Shown here: positions 1-8,402 of the stretch, piece after piece | How positions within the stretch are numbered: the stretch's first letter is position 1 | How the letters are laid out: every line of letters starts with the position of its first letter | Source of the DNA: an uncultured Thermomicrobiales bacterium | GTDB taxonomy: Bacteria; Chloroflexota; Chloroflexia; Thermomicrobiales; CFX8 | Direction of reading: 5' to 3' | Assembly (NCBI GenBank): GCA_964462545.1 | Contig: CAYWXR010000002.1 | Coordinates: forward strand, 152,783 to 216,782 | Length of the DNA: 64,000 bases | Notes under the pieces: model-generated | Told to the model about the DNA's origin: nothing | What the model saw: the letters and a program-made list of their open reading frames with translations, nothing else | Databases searched by the model: none | Made by a program: the position numbers and the translations under genes

Positions 1-987
1 GGCGACCCCGAGTGGGCTAATGATCAGTTTGCGAAGTCCCAGCAGTGCACTGAAGCAGACGATGACCGGCACTGCCACCAACGTTGCCGCAACAATCGGC
101 CAGCCAACCCACAGGTCTCCGACAAACCAGGCGCCACCGGTCGCCTCGACTCGTGCCGCCAGTGGCAGGGTCAGGATGTAGACTGCTGTGCCCACCAGTG
201 CACCGCCCAGACCGACGAGCATTGTCTCAAACATGGTAATTGCACGAACCTGGCCCGGAGTTGCCCCAACCAGGCGCATGGCAGCCAACCGGCGATCCCG
301 GTAGGTGGTCGCCAGTCTGCCGGCTGCTGTGCCGAGCACGAAGAGCGGAACGACCAGCAGGGCAACAGCAAACGCTGACAGTGCGTTATAGTCCTCAAGC
401 CAGAAGGGTGATTCCCCGTCAAACCGATTGATTGCGGTGGGCTCGGCAAACCACGGCGTCATCCAGTTCGTTCCGGCAAGCGATGTTTCGAACCAGTCGG
501 GATCCCGCCCGGTAATGACCATTAGCTGGCCCTTGTAGACCAGCGCTTCCTGGCCGATTTCACCGGCAATGGCAGTCGATCCATCGGTCGCAACGTAGCG
601 CTGTTCCAGTTCGTCCGGTGGCAGCGTTGACACCAGATCGGCAATTGCCGGTGAAACGAAGACCTCTCCCGGCTCGGGGAAACGGTCCAGACCGGGCGGA
701 ACGGGGACATCGTTGTCCAGTGCAGCCAGGTCAACAACGGCCACGGCTGTTCCGCGCACATAGTCCGTCGTGACAGCGATCATCGCCGTCGGGTTGGACT
801 CCGCCTCGATCGGGCTCAACCATGCTTCGCGATCTGCGCGCTGGTTGAAGCCAAGTGCCACTCCCAGGGTGAGCAGCAGGAAACCGGTGGCAATTGCCAC
901 GGCAACGGCTGAGAGGACGGTCGTAAGCGCACCTCGGCCACCGGAACCGAGCAGCAACCGCCATGCCAGTTGGGGAACGACCCGCAT
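1..987 (-). CDS. ABC transporter permease, FtsX/MacB-BceB type (N-terminal part; gene runs off the window start)
   Basis: Not in the ORF track because no stop lies in the window. Read by hand on the minus strand: ATG at 987-985, then MRVVPQLAWRLLLGSGGRGALTTVLSAVAVAIATGFLLLTL (TM1). Later comes RRLAAMRLVGATPGQVRAITMFETMLVGLGGALVG (FtsX-domain signature). The frame stays open to base 1. ATGA start/stop overlap with the ATPase gene. Confidence 0.8.
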   Translation of the reverse strand, partial: MRVVPQLAWRLLLGSGGRGALTTVLSAVAVAIATGFLLLTLGVALGFNQRADREAWLSPIEAESNPTAMIAVTTDYVRGTAVAVVDLAALDNDVPVPPGLDRFPEPGEVFVSPAIADLVSTLPPDELEQRYVATDGSTAIAGEIGQEALVYKGQLMVITGRDPDWFETSLAGTNWMTPWFAEPTAINRFDGESPFWLEDYNALSAFAVALLVVPLFVLGTAAGRLATTYRDRRLAAMRLVGATPGQVRAITMFETMLVGLGGALVGTAVYILTLPLAARVEATGGAWFVGDLWVGWPIVAATLVAVPVIVCFSALLGLRKLIISPLGVA

Positions 988-1742
988 CAGAAGGCTCCTG
1001 TTCCGGCTTGAGCGGCTGGCTTCAGTCGACCGTCACGTACCTCGACAATCCGGTCGCAGTGGCTGGCAACTCCCGGATCGTGGGTCACGATGACCAGCGC
1101 TGCCTGTTGCCGGGTGGTGCTTTCAATCAGCAGACGGAGCGCCTGGTGCCCGTTGTGCTGGTCCAGTGACCCGGTTGGCTCATCTGCAAAGACCACAACT
1201 GGCCGGATCACCAGCGCCCGTGCGATGGCCACACGTTGGGCCTCCCCGCCGGACAGTTGTCCCGGCCGTCTCCGTTCAAGACCGCCCAATCCGAGTTGCT
1301 GGAGCATGCCGCGGGCCTCTTCGACAGCCTGCCTGCGCCGGGCGCCACCGAGCATCAGTGGCAAGGCGACATTCTCATCGGCCGGCAGTTCAGGCAGGAG
1401 TTGATGATCCTGGAAGACAAACCCGAACCGGCTACGGCGCAGGGCGCTGCGCTGACGCTCGTTGAGTTTGTCGATGCGTTGCCCCTCCAGCATCACCATT
1501 CCGTCATCCGGGGTCAGGATTCCGGCGAGGCAGTGAAGCAGGGTGGACTTGCCCGAACCGCTTGGCCCCATAATCGCCACCGCCTCGCCGCGCTGCACCC
1601 CGATATCCACACCATCCAGCGCGACTGTGCTGCCGAACCGTTTTCTAAGGTTGGTGGCAACAAGCAGCGGGAGGGTTGTCTGTGGTTGGGACAGGGCAGA
1701 TGTCACCATGTCGTCCAGTGATTGCCTGGATTGCTGAAGCAC
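987..1742 (-). CDS. ABC transporter ATP-binding protein (MacB/LolD-like)
   Basis: 251 aa. Walker A GPSGSGKSTLL, signature LSGGEAQRVAIARAL, Walker B VVFADEPTGSLD, H-loop VIVTHD. Confidence 0.95.
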   Translation of the reverse strand: MLQQSRQSLDDMVTSALSQPQTTLPLLVATNLRKRFGSTVALDGVDIGVQRGEAVAIMGPSGSGKSTLLHCLAGILTPDDGMVMLEGQRIDKLNERQRSALRRSRFGFVFQDHQLLPELPADENVALPLMLGGARRRQAVEEARGMLQQLGLGGLERRRPGQLSGGEAQRVAIARALVIRPVVVFADEPTGSLDQHNGHQALRLLIESTTRQQAALVIVTHDPGVASHCDRIVEVRDGRLKPAAQAGTGAF

Positions 1743-1754
1743 GTGGAAGCCTTT

Positions 1755-2066
1755 CTATGCTGCAACTGCTGCCGGCTCGTCAGCGCCAAGCAGCACGATC
1801 TCCGGTTGGGGGAAGAGTTGCTTTGCCTGGGCAACTGCCTCGAAGGGGTTCACGTTCGAAGACTGGACGTCGATGATGATGAGTTCCGGCATCAGTTCGT
1901 CCAGCAGGTGGACACGATTGCCCGACTCGAGTTCGGCGATGATCGTGGCCTTGCCCTGCAGCAGGCGCTTCATGAAGGAGCGCCAGTCTCGTGCTCCGAC
2001 GAGTGCAACGGTGGGGAGTTCCTCGTGGGTGGTCTGGAGTCGTTTGTTGGTGTGAATCCGAAGCAT
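1755..2066 (-). CDS. Stand-alone truncated receiver (REC)-like protein
   Basis: 103-aa ORF between the kinase and ABC genes. The CheY-like pattern is TVALVGARD (beta1, acidic pair lost), PELIIIDVQSSNVNPFEAV (beta3 with Asp at the acceptor position) and PEIVLLGADE (beta4). The sequence ends before the conserved beta5 Lys. Coding status is not certain. Confidence 0.45.
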   Translation of the reverse strand: MLRIHTNKRLQTTHEELPTVALVGARDWRSFMKRLLQGKATIIAELESGNRVHLLDELMPELIIIDVQSSNVNPFEAVAQAKQLFPQPEIVLLGADEPAAVAA

Positions 2067-2190
2067 TTCCTGCTCTCCTCTCTTGTCGCTTTCAACGATA
2101 GAGAGCAGGTGTCAAGGAAGATTCACGAAATTGTCGCAGAATTGTCGCAAGGCGAGTTCGGCCGGGTTTTTGGCAACTACAGGCCGAAAC

Positions 2191-3759
2191 TCAGGCGGAT
2201 GGAGCCACTGGCAAAGTGATGCTGAAGCAACTGCCAGAACCGGGTTCGCTCTGGACAGAAACTGTCCCGCCCATTGCCCCGGTTAGTTCGCGAACAATCG
2301 CCAGACCGAGGCCCGCTCCGGATGCATCTCGCATCCGGGCATCATCGAGGCGCTGAAAGCGGTCGAAGATTCGCTCCAGGTCTTCGGCTTCGATGCCGGT
2401 GCCCGTGTCGGTGACGTCGATCCGGATCGTAGCGTCTTCCATTTCGGCAGAAACCGCAACGATACCGCCAGGCGGCGTGTGGCGGACGCCATTGGAGACG
2501 AGGTTGTGCAGAACCTGTTCCAGTCGGTCGGGATCAGCCATCACCCGGGGGAGGCCTGGCTCGATGTTGGAGATTACTTCCACCCGACCGGTGCGCCATG
2601 CGCGTTCCGACGCGGCGGCGACGACACGGTCGATTACCGCAGCCACACTCGTTGGCTGTATCTGGAGTGAAAGTTGCCCGATTTCGGCACGGGAGAGAAC
2701 AAACAGGTCATCCACCAGTCGTTGCAGGCGGGATACTTCACCAGACATAACAACAAGATCCGGCCGGATCGTTTCAGGAATATCCTCTTCAGGAATGGAA
2801 AGTGCTGATTCAAGATACCCGCGCATGGTCGTGATCGGGGTTCGCAGTTCGTGGGATACGCTGGCCACCAGCTCCCGTTGGGTTTGCAGCAGGTTGCTAA
2901 CGTTATCCCGTTCCGATCGCAACGCCGCCATCGCGCTCTCCAGGTTAGCAGCCATAAGGTTGAAATCCCGCTCGACGGTTGCCACCTCGTCTTCACCACT
3001 GATCGGCACACGAACCGAATAGTTCCCGGCACGAAGCCCCCCGGTGGCATGGGAAAGCGATTCCAGACGGCTAGCCGTCTTTCGTGCAGCAATGTACGAA
3101 GCGAATGCTGCCGGCGGCAGCAGGACGATCATGCCGACAACGGTCAGAAAAATGTAGATACCGAGATAGGGCAGGTAATTGACGAGACTCGCTGGTGATA
3201 ACGGACTCGTTCCCTGAATCGGGCCTCCGGCTGCGAACCAGAGCAGCAGCATGAGGACGAGCAGCAGCGCGGCAAGAAACGGTGCGACAACCAACATGAT
3301 CGCATGAGTCATTTCCCAGCGCAGATGTGCCCGGCGCATCCGTACCCACACCGGCCACAGGTATGCCACCGACCGGAAGAATGCGTAGGCGAGGAAGTTC
3401 CAGACTCCGAGGAATCCCAACCCGAATATCAGGGTTGTCAGCGATTCGTCCTGTTGCCGGGGAACAGAACTGACCAAACCCATTACCGAGATGAGACCAA
3501 AGACGACCGCCCCGATGGCGACTTCTGATCCAAGACCCTGGGCAAGGCCAGAGGGATGCAGCCGCATCCGCCCGGCGAGGTACATGGCCGATAGCGGCCC
3601 GATAACCATCACCTGCAGCACCGAATCACTGCTGAATACTCCGGTGGAAAACCAGACGCTGATGCTCAGCAGCGACGCAATGAGGAGCGTTTCCAGACAA
3701 CTGTAGAAAACGCTGCCGTTCAGCAAGAATCGTTGTGGTTTGTCAGATGTCGCAGTCAT
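2191..3759 (-). CDS. Sensor histidine kinase (about 6 TM segments, HAMP-like linker, HisKA, HATPase_c)
   Basis: 522 aa. Hydrophobic N-terminal 215 aa, H-box SHELRTPITTMRGYLE, N box LVSNGVRHTPPGG, G boxes DTGTGI and GAGLGLAIV. ATGA overlap with the regulator gene. Confidence 0.92.
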   Translation of the reverse strand: MTATSDKPQRFLLNGSVFYSCLETLLIASLLSISVWFSTGVFSSDSVLQVMVIGPLSAMYLAGRMRLHPSGLAQGLGSEVAIGAVVFGLISVMGLVSSVPRQQDESLTTLIFGLGFLGVWNFLAYAFFRSVAYLWPVWVRMRRAHLRWEMTHAIMLVVAPFLAALLLVLMLLLWFAAGGPIQGTSPLSPASLVNYLPYLGIYIFLTVVGMIVLLPPAAFASYIAARKTASRLESLSHATGGLRAGNYSVRVPISGEDEVATVERDFNLMAANLESAMAALRSERDNVSNLLQTQRELVASVSHELRTPITTMRGYLESALSIPEEDIPETIRPDLVVMSGEVSRLQRLVDDLFVLSRAEIGQLSLQIQPTSVAAVIDRVVAAASERAWRTGRVEVISNIEPGLPRVMADPDRLEQVLHNLVSNGVRHTPPGGIVAVSAEMEDATIRIDVTDTGTGIEAEDLERIFDRFQRLDDARMRDASGAGLGLAIVRELTGAMGGTVSVQSEPGSGSCFSITLPVAPSA

Positions 3760-4448
3760 GGCTTTCGTAGCCGGTAGCCGGTGCCCCAGACCGTTTCGAT
3801 GGCTTCACCCGTGGACCCAAGTTTGCGCCGCAGGCGCATGACGGTGTTATCGACCGATCTGTCGCCACCATAGGCTGTGTCCCAGACGGTTTGCAGCAGG
3901 TAGGATCGACTGAATGCCCTGCCCGGATTGCGCATTAGTAGCGCCAGCAGTTCAAATTCCATCGGTGTCAGGTCGAGGTATTCGCCTTCAAGCACCACTG
4001 ACCGTGCTTCAGGATTCAGCACCAGGTCACCCCAGCGGAGTTCATCGCTCGTCTGTTGGGTGTCCTGCTCCAGGGTGCGGCGTAGAAGTTCCTCACGGCG
4101 CAGCAGTGCCCGGATTCTTGCAAGCAGTTCGCGCATGCTGAATGGCTTGGTCAGGTAATCATCTGCCCCGACTTCCAGCCCCATCACCCGGTCAATCTCT
4201 TCGCTTCGGGCAGTCAGCATCAGAACCGGCGTATGGGCATGCTCCCGGATTCTTCGTAGTACCTCGATGCCATCCAGCCCGGGCAACATCCAGTCGAGGA
4301 CAACCAGGTCGGGCCGTTCCCGGTCATGGATTTCGAGTGCGCTCTTGCCGTCGCGTGCCAGTAGTACGTCGTATCCGGCGGCTGCCACCTCCCGGTGGAT
4401 CAGGGCGGATAGCTGTTCGGTGTCTTCAACGATCAGGATGCGGGGCAT
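3756..4448 (-). CDS. OmpR/PhoB-family response regulator
   Basis: The track ORF starts at 4577, but that extension overlaps the 3' end of the upstream gene (stop 4486). The internal ATG at 4448 gives MPRILIVEDTEQ. The receiver has VVLDWMLPGLDG and LTKP; the winged helix has LTPMEFELLALL and GYRL. Confidence 0.92.
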   Translation of the reverse strand: MPRILIVEDTEQLSALIHREVAAAGYDVLLARDGKSALEIHDRERPDLVVLDWMLPGLDGIEVLRRIREHAHTPVLMLTARSEEIDRVMGLEVGADDYLTKPFSMRELLARIRALLRREELLRRTLEQDTQQTSDELRWGDLVLNPEARSVVLEGEYLDLTPMEFELLALLMRNPGRAFSRSYLLQTVWDTAYGGDRSVDNTVMRLRRKLGSTGEAIETVWGTGYRLRKP

Positions 4449-4485
4449 GGGGCTGGATTGACCTTTCGTCAGGAGTTCCCGATTC

Positions 4486-5034
4486 TCATGCGAGGATGCC
4501 AGATTTTTCAATCCACTGTTCGATCTCTGCCTGTGATCGCAGACGGACAAAGTTGAGGTGTGACCATTTCGGGTCATGCATCGCAGCCATATACCGCTTC
4601 CGGCGTTCGCGATGGTTGAGCAGGGTATAGGTGATGAGAGATTCGTCGGTGTCCCAGAGTTTGAGCTGTGTCCAGAAGCGTTCGTAGTTGGTTCCCCAGA
4701 GCAGTTCGTTGTTGCGCCAGCGGCGCCAGGATCGTGAGATGATCCGGGGGATGATCACCCGGAGCGGGAGATCCAGCCAGATAACAGTGTCTGCTGCTGT
4801 CCAGCTGATGTCTTGTTGTTGGGAATAGTTGCCGGCCAGTACCCAGCCCGGTGCCTGCACCGCGTCGCCGACCCGTTTCCGGAATTGTTCCGGTTCGATT
4901 GGCGTCCAGTTTGGGGTCCAGTAGAGTGCGTCCAGTTCGATAAACGGTATGCCCAGGGCATCCGAAATGCGCTCACCGAGGGTGGATTTCCCCGAGGTGG
5001 AGTCGCCGATGATGACGATACGATTTCCTGCCAT
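4486..5034 (-). CDS. P-loop NTPase, adenylate-kinase-like / FlaR-type family
   Basis: 182 aa with an N-terminal Walker A, IVIIGDSTSGKSTLG. The size and layout match small nucleoside-monophosphate-kinase-like proteins. Function cannot be inferred. Confidence 0.7.
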   Translation of the reverse strand: MAGNRIVIIGDSTSGKSTLGERISDALGIPFIELDALYWTPNWTPIEPEQFRKRVGDAVQAPGWVLAGNYSQQQDISWTAADTVIWLDLPLRVIIPRIISRSWRRWRNNELLWGTNYERFWTQLKLWDTDESLITYTLLNHRERRKRYMAAMHDPKWSHLNFVRLRSQAEIEQWIEKSGILA

Positions 5035-5094
5035 GGTGTACTTCCGACCTGTGCTGCTGATTTCCGGCAGGAAACCATATCGTATTCCGGCAAG

Positions 5095-5823
5095 TCAGGA
5101 AGAGAGCAGTTTCCCTGCACCGGTTGGCGGGTGCAATTGCCCGTTGTAGAGCAACATTTCACCACGCTGGACCGAAAGAATCACCCTGCCAGCCGGACCG
5201 CCGTCGCGGTACGGATCCTGCGTGTCCGGATCAAATACGACAACATCCCCGTGTGAACCCGGCCTGAACGACCCCTTTTCCGGATGGATGCCATACCAGC
5301 GCGCCGGAATACGTGATGTGACAGCAGCGATCCGCTCCGCCGGCATACCGATCTCGTGAAAGAGGTATTGCAGGAGCGGGAAAGCCGGGTCACCGCCGTG
5401 GGTGACATGGACCGGCACCGACTCGTCATTTGCCAGCGCCAGCAATTCAGGGTTGGTGAGCATGGTTGCCGGAATTTCGATCATTTCCGCGCCAAGCCGC
5501 GCAGCATTGATTGCGCCGGCTTCGCCAGCGTTCATCACCGAACCGCGCCGCAAGGCGTGGTCAACGGCTGTCGCAGTCGTGGAGGACTCGGTGACGATGA
5601 TTGTTGTCGTACCGTTGCGGGCGAGTTGCAGGGGCTCATCGCCTTCCAGGGAGCCGGGCTGGATCAAACCCGGAAACACCAGGTGCCCGGATGCGTCAAT
5701 CGTCCGCCACACCTGATCGAACTCGGCCGTTTCGAGCACGATGCCCTCGTGGATCGAGATCGCGTGGTCGCTCACGCCGTCTGCTCCGACAAAGCGACCG
5801 TAGGCAACTGTGGTGTCTATCAT
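5095..5823 (-). CDS. Amidohydrolase-superfamily-like protein, short and lacking the HxH metal motif
   Basis: 242 aa. The N-terminus IDASGHLVFPGLIQPGSLEG sits where amidohydrolases carry PG-x-ID-x-HxH. The C-terminus GSFRPGSHGDVVVFDPD matches the typical ADLVVFD strand. The middle barrel is far shorter than in catalytic members. Confidence 0.6.
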   Translation of the reverse strand: MIDTTVAYGRFVGADGVSDHAISIHEGIVLETAEFDQVWRTIDASGHLVFPGLIQPGSLEGDEPLQLARNGTTTIIVTESSTTATAVDHALRRGSVMNAGEAGAINAARLGAEMIEIPATMLTNPELLALANDESVPVHVTHGGDPAFPLLQYLFHEIGMPAERIAAVTSRIPARWYGIHPEKGSFRPGSHGDVVVFDPDTQDPYRDGGPAGRVILSVQRGEMLLYNGQLHPPTGAGKLLSS

Positions 5824-5865
5824 TCAGGCGGAGTCCTTTCGACGGCAATTGGCTGGCGAGACAAG

Positions 5866-5908
5866 CGAAAAGTCGAGGGAAACCGGCAGGCCAACGTTCC
5901 CTCGACTT
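5866..5908 (-). terminator. Rho-independent terminator candidate after the cupin gene
   Basis: 12-bp arms aagtcgagggaa (5870-5881) and ttccctcgactt (5897-5908). On the minus strand the hairpin is followed by TTTTCGCTTG. Confidence 0.6.
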
Positions 5909-5978
5909 CGTTCACTGTGACTAGTGGTATCTGTGGTTTCCCCGCATCATGCAGGCAGAGACCACTCCGCATGGTTGT

Positions 5979-6572
5979 CTAACAGATGACCTGGTAGGTC
6001 GAGCGGAAGCCCTTGATCTCGCCGGTTTCCAGATCGTAGGAGTTTCGCAGGACTCCATCCAGCGATCCACCATAGATGTGGATCGAGTAGGAGGGCACTG
6101 CCAACCGGTTGTGGATCAGGTGGTAATCCTCGTCCGGTGGAACAAGAACGCTGATGTCGCCCGGCATGTTGGTTGCCTCGCCGACTTTCTCCATCTTTGC
6201 GTAGCCGGGTCGGGAGCGGTCATCGGTGCGCACATAGCGCTCCTCATACTCCTCGCCTTGCCAGACTCCGACCAGCCCCCAGACCAGGTGGTCGTGGACG
6301 CCGGTGCTGTAATCCGGCCAGAAGCAGGTGGACACAATCGTCCAGGCATTGTCCGGGGCTTTTGCCAGCATTGCGCTGCCAGTGCGATTTTCGCGCGGGA
6401 CCATGTACTTCTCGTCCAGCCAGCTCATGTCAGCCAGGAGCTCGCTGAATGCCGGCAGGATCTCCTGCACGATGGCAGCGCCATTGACAGTCCCGTTGGT
6501 GTTGGCACGAACGATGCGATCAAGTTCGTTGGCAAAACGGTCGAGCGTAACGTTGGCTGTTTCGATGGCCAT
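5979..6572 (-). CDS. Cysteine dioxygenase type I / 3-mercaptopropionate dioxygenase-like cupin
   Basis: 3-His cupin pattern GVHDHLVWGLVGVWQGEE ... YSIHIYGG. Start moved to ATG 6572 (GGAGAG 5 nt upstream) from the track start at 6620. Confidence 0.75.
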   Translation of the reverse strand: MAIETANVTLDRFANELDRIVRANTNGTVNGAAIVQEILPAFSELLADMSWLDEKYMVPRENRTGSAMLAKAPDNAWTIVSTCFWPDYSTGVHDHLVWGLVGVWQGEEYEERYVRTDDRSRPGYAKMEKVGEATNMPGDISVLVPPDEDYHLIHNRLAVPSYSIHIYGGSLDGVLRNSYDLETGEIKGFRSTYQVIC

Positions 6573-6692
6573 GACAACTCTCCATTTCCCGCGTGGCCGC
6601 AGTCGATTTACTTGCGGCATTGGCTATCTGGGCTATCCTAAACCCTAACATACCGGAATCAGCAGGTGAATAGGGAAACAACAGGAGGATCC

Positions 6693-8312
6693 GTGGCCTC
6701 AACAATATCCGTGCAGGAACTTAACACACTGCGCGAGGAACAAATACCTCACGCGCTGATCGACGTGCGCGAAAAGGGTGAGTTCGTCCAGAAGCACATC
6801 TTCAGGGCTGTGCCGATGCCCCGGGGCATGATCGAGATTCTGGCCGCTTCCCGGTTGCCGGACAAGACTGTGCCGATCATCCTCTATGACATTGATGGCC
6901 ACCGGGCCAACCTGGCCGCCGGCACATTTGAGGCACTTGGCTATCAGGATGTCCGGTTGCTGGAGGGTGGTCTCAACGCCTGGGCAGATGCCGGATACCG
7001 CTGTGACTACGGCACCAATGTACCGGGCAAGGACTATGGCGAGCGGATTGCTGTCCAGAAGGGGACACCGCATCTGACACCGGACGAGGTCGTAGCCCGT
7101 CGCGAGGCCGGAGAGAACATTATCGTCCTCGATTCCCGCACCCGGGTGGAGTATGAACGATCTCACCTTCCCGGAGCCTATTCCGTGCCGGGTGGTGAAC
7201 TGCCAACCAGAATCCTCACACTGCTGGAAGCACCGGAGAACAAGGATGCAACGGTTGTCGTGAACTGCGCCGGCCGTACCCGGAGCATCCTCGGGGCAGA
7301 TGTGCTGATCCGGATGGGGATTCACGACCGGGTGTATGCCCTTGAAAACGGCACGATGGCCTGGCACATGGCTGGCCATGAACTGGAGCGGGGACCCGGC
7401 CCGGAGGTTCCGTTCCCGGAGTCTGAAACTGCGCTTGAAACCGTGGAGCAGTTTGCCGCACGGGTTGCTGAAGAGGACAGCGTCGGCCGGATTTCGCTGG
7501 AAGAGTTCCTGAACTGGCGCGAGAACGGCACCCTGCACTACGCGCTGGATGTCCGCCTGCCGGATGAATACGCCACCGGGTACATTCCTGGTTCCCACAA
7601 CATTCCGGCGGGACAGATTGCACTTGAAGCCGATGAACTGGTAGCCGTCAACCAGGCTCCGGTGGTGATGATCTCCGGAAGTGACATCCGTGCACGGATT
7701 GCCGGGTCGGTTGCGAAGCAGATCGGATATCCGAACGTTGTGGTCCTGGATGGCGGTATCTCTGGCTGGACGTCTGCCGGCCACGACCTGGTGACCCAGG
7801 ACCCGCCGCGTGTCGTCCCCGGCCTCGAAGAAGCCGAAAAAGCGGCGCCGCCCGTCACTGCCGAGGAACTTGCCGAAATGCTGGCAAGCGACAATCCGCC
7901 GCTCGTGGTGGATGTCCGTGGCAGTGGAGACTATGCCCTCGGTCACGTTCCCGGCGCGGTCTGGGCAAGCCGGGGTGACATTGAACGACGGATTCTGGCG
8001 CACGCCGAACCGGGCGATCAGCCAATCGTCACCGTTTGCGCTCTTGGCGCACGGTCGGCGCTTGCCGGCGAGACCTTGAAGAAGATGGGCTTTACCAACG
8101 TCCGTCATCTCCAGGGTGGAATGCCCACCTGGGTGGAGTCCGGTGCTGAGGTGACGGTTGGGCTCGACGGGGCCGATGTGTCGCTCCGTGAGGCCAAGGA
8201 CGATGTCGGGATGCTCGACCGTCGCGGACCGCTTGCCCGCAACCGGCAGGACATGATCGACTACCTCAACTGGGAGATCGCGCTCGGCGACCGCTACGAG
8301 GACAAGGAATAA
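6693..8312 (+). CDS. Four-domain rhodanese sulfurtransferase
   Basis: Four rhodanese repeats. Loops 2 and 4 carry catalytic Cys (VVNCAGRTRS, VTVCALGARS). Loops 1 and 3 do not (LYDIDGHRAN, MISGSDIRAR). GTG at 6693 has AGGAGG 4 nt upstream; the track start at 6666 is also possible. Confidence 0.9.
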   Translation: MASTISVQELNTLREEQIPHALIDVREKGEFVQKHIFRAVPMPRGMIEILAASRLPDKTVPIILYDIDGHRANLAAGTFEALGYQDVRLLEGGLNAWADAGYRCDYGTNVPGKDYGERIAVQKGTPHLTPDEVVARREAGENIIVLDSRTRVEYERSHLPGAYSVPGGELPTRILTLLEAPENKDATVVVNCAGRTRSILGADVLIRMGIHDRVYALENGTMAWHMAGHELERGPGPEVPFPESETALETVEQFAARVAEEDSVGRISLEEFLNWRENGTLHYALDVRLPDEYATGYIPGSHNIPAGQIALEADELVAVNQAPVVMISGSDIRARIAGSVAKQIGYPNVVVLDGGISGWTSAGHDLVTQDPPRVVPGLEEAEKAAPPVTAEELAEMLASDNPPLVVDVRGSGDYALGHVPGAVWASRGDIERRILAHAEPGDQPIVTVCALGARSALAGETLKKMGFTNVRHLQGGMPTWVESGAEVTVGLDGADVSLREAKDDVGMLDRRGPLARNRQDMIDYLNWEIALGDRYEDKE

Positions 8313-8349
8313 CTCCTCGTTTCCTGGTTCTGGATTCAAGAGCTAATAC

Positions 8350-8386
8350 AAATCCCCGGCTGCGAAACAGCCGGGGATTTGTTGTT
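8350..8386. terminator. Bidirectional hairpin terminator between convergent genes
   Basis: aaatccccggctg-cgaaa-cagccggggattt, followed by gttgtt. It lies between the rhodanese stop (8312) and the permease stop (8403). Confidence 0.75.
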
Positions 8387-8402
8387 CGTGTTATTCGGTT
8401 AG

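Noticed and set aside
171-1169. Several 60-110-aa track ORFs at the left edge
   Set aside because: They overlap the open minus-strand frame that encodes an FtsX-type permease. That frame is missed by the track only because its stop lies outside the window.
6699-8339. 546-aa ORF on the minus strand mirroring almost exactly the rhodanese gene
   Set aside because: It has no recognisable motif, whereas the plus strand encodes four clean rhodanese domains with Cys loops. Long antisense open frames are an expected by-product of high GC3 coding.
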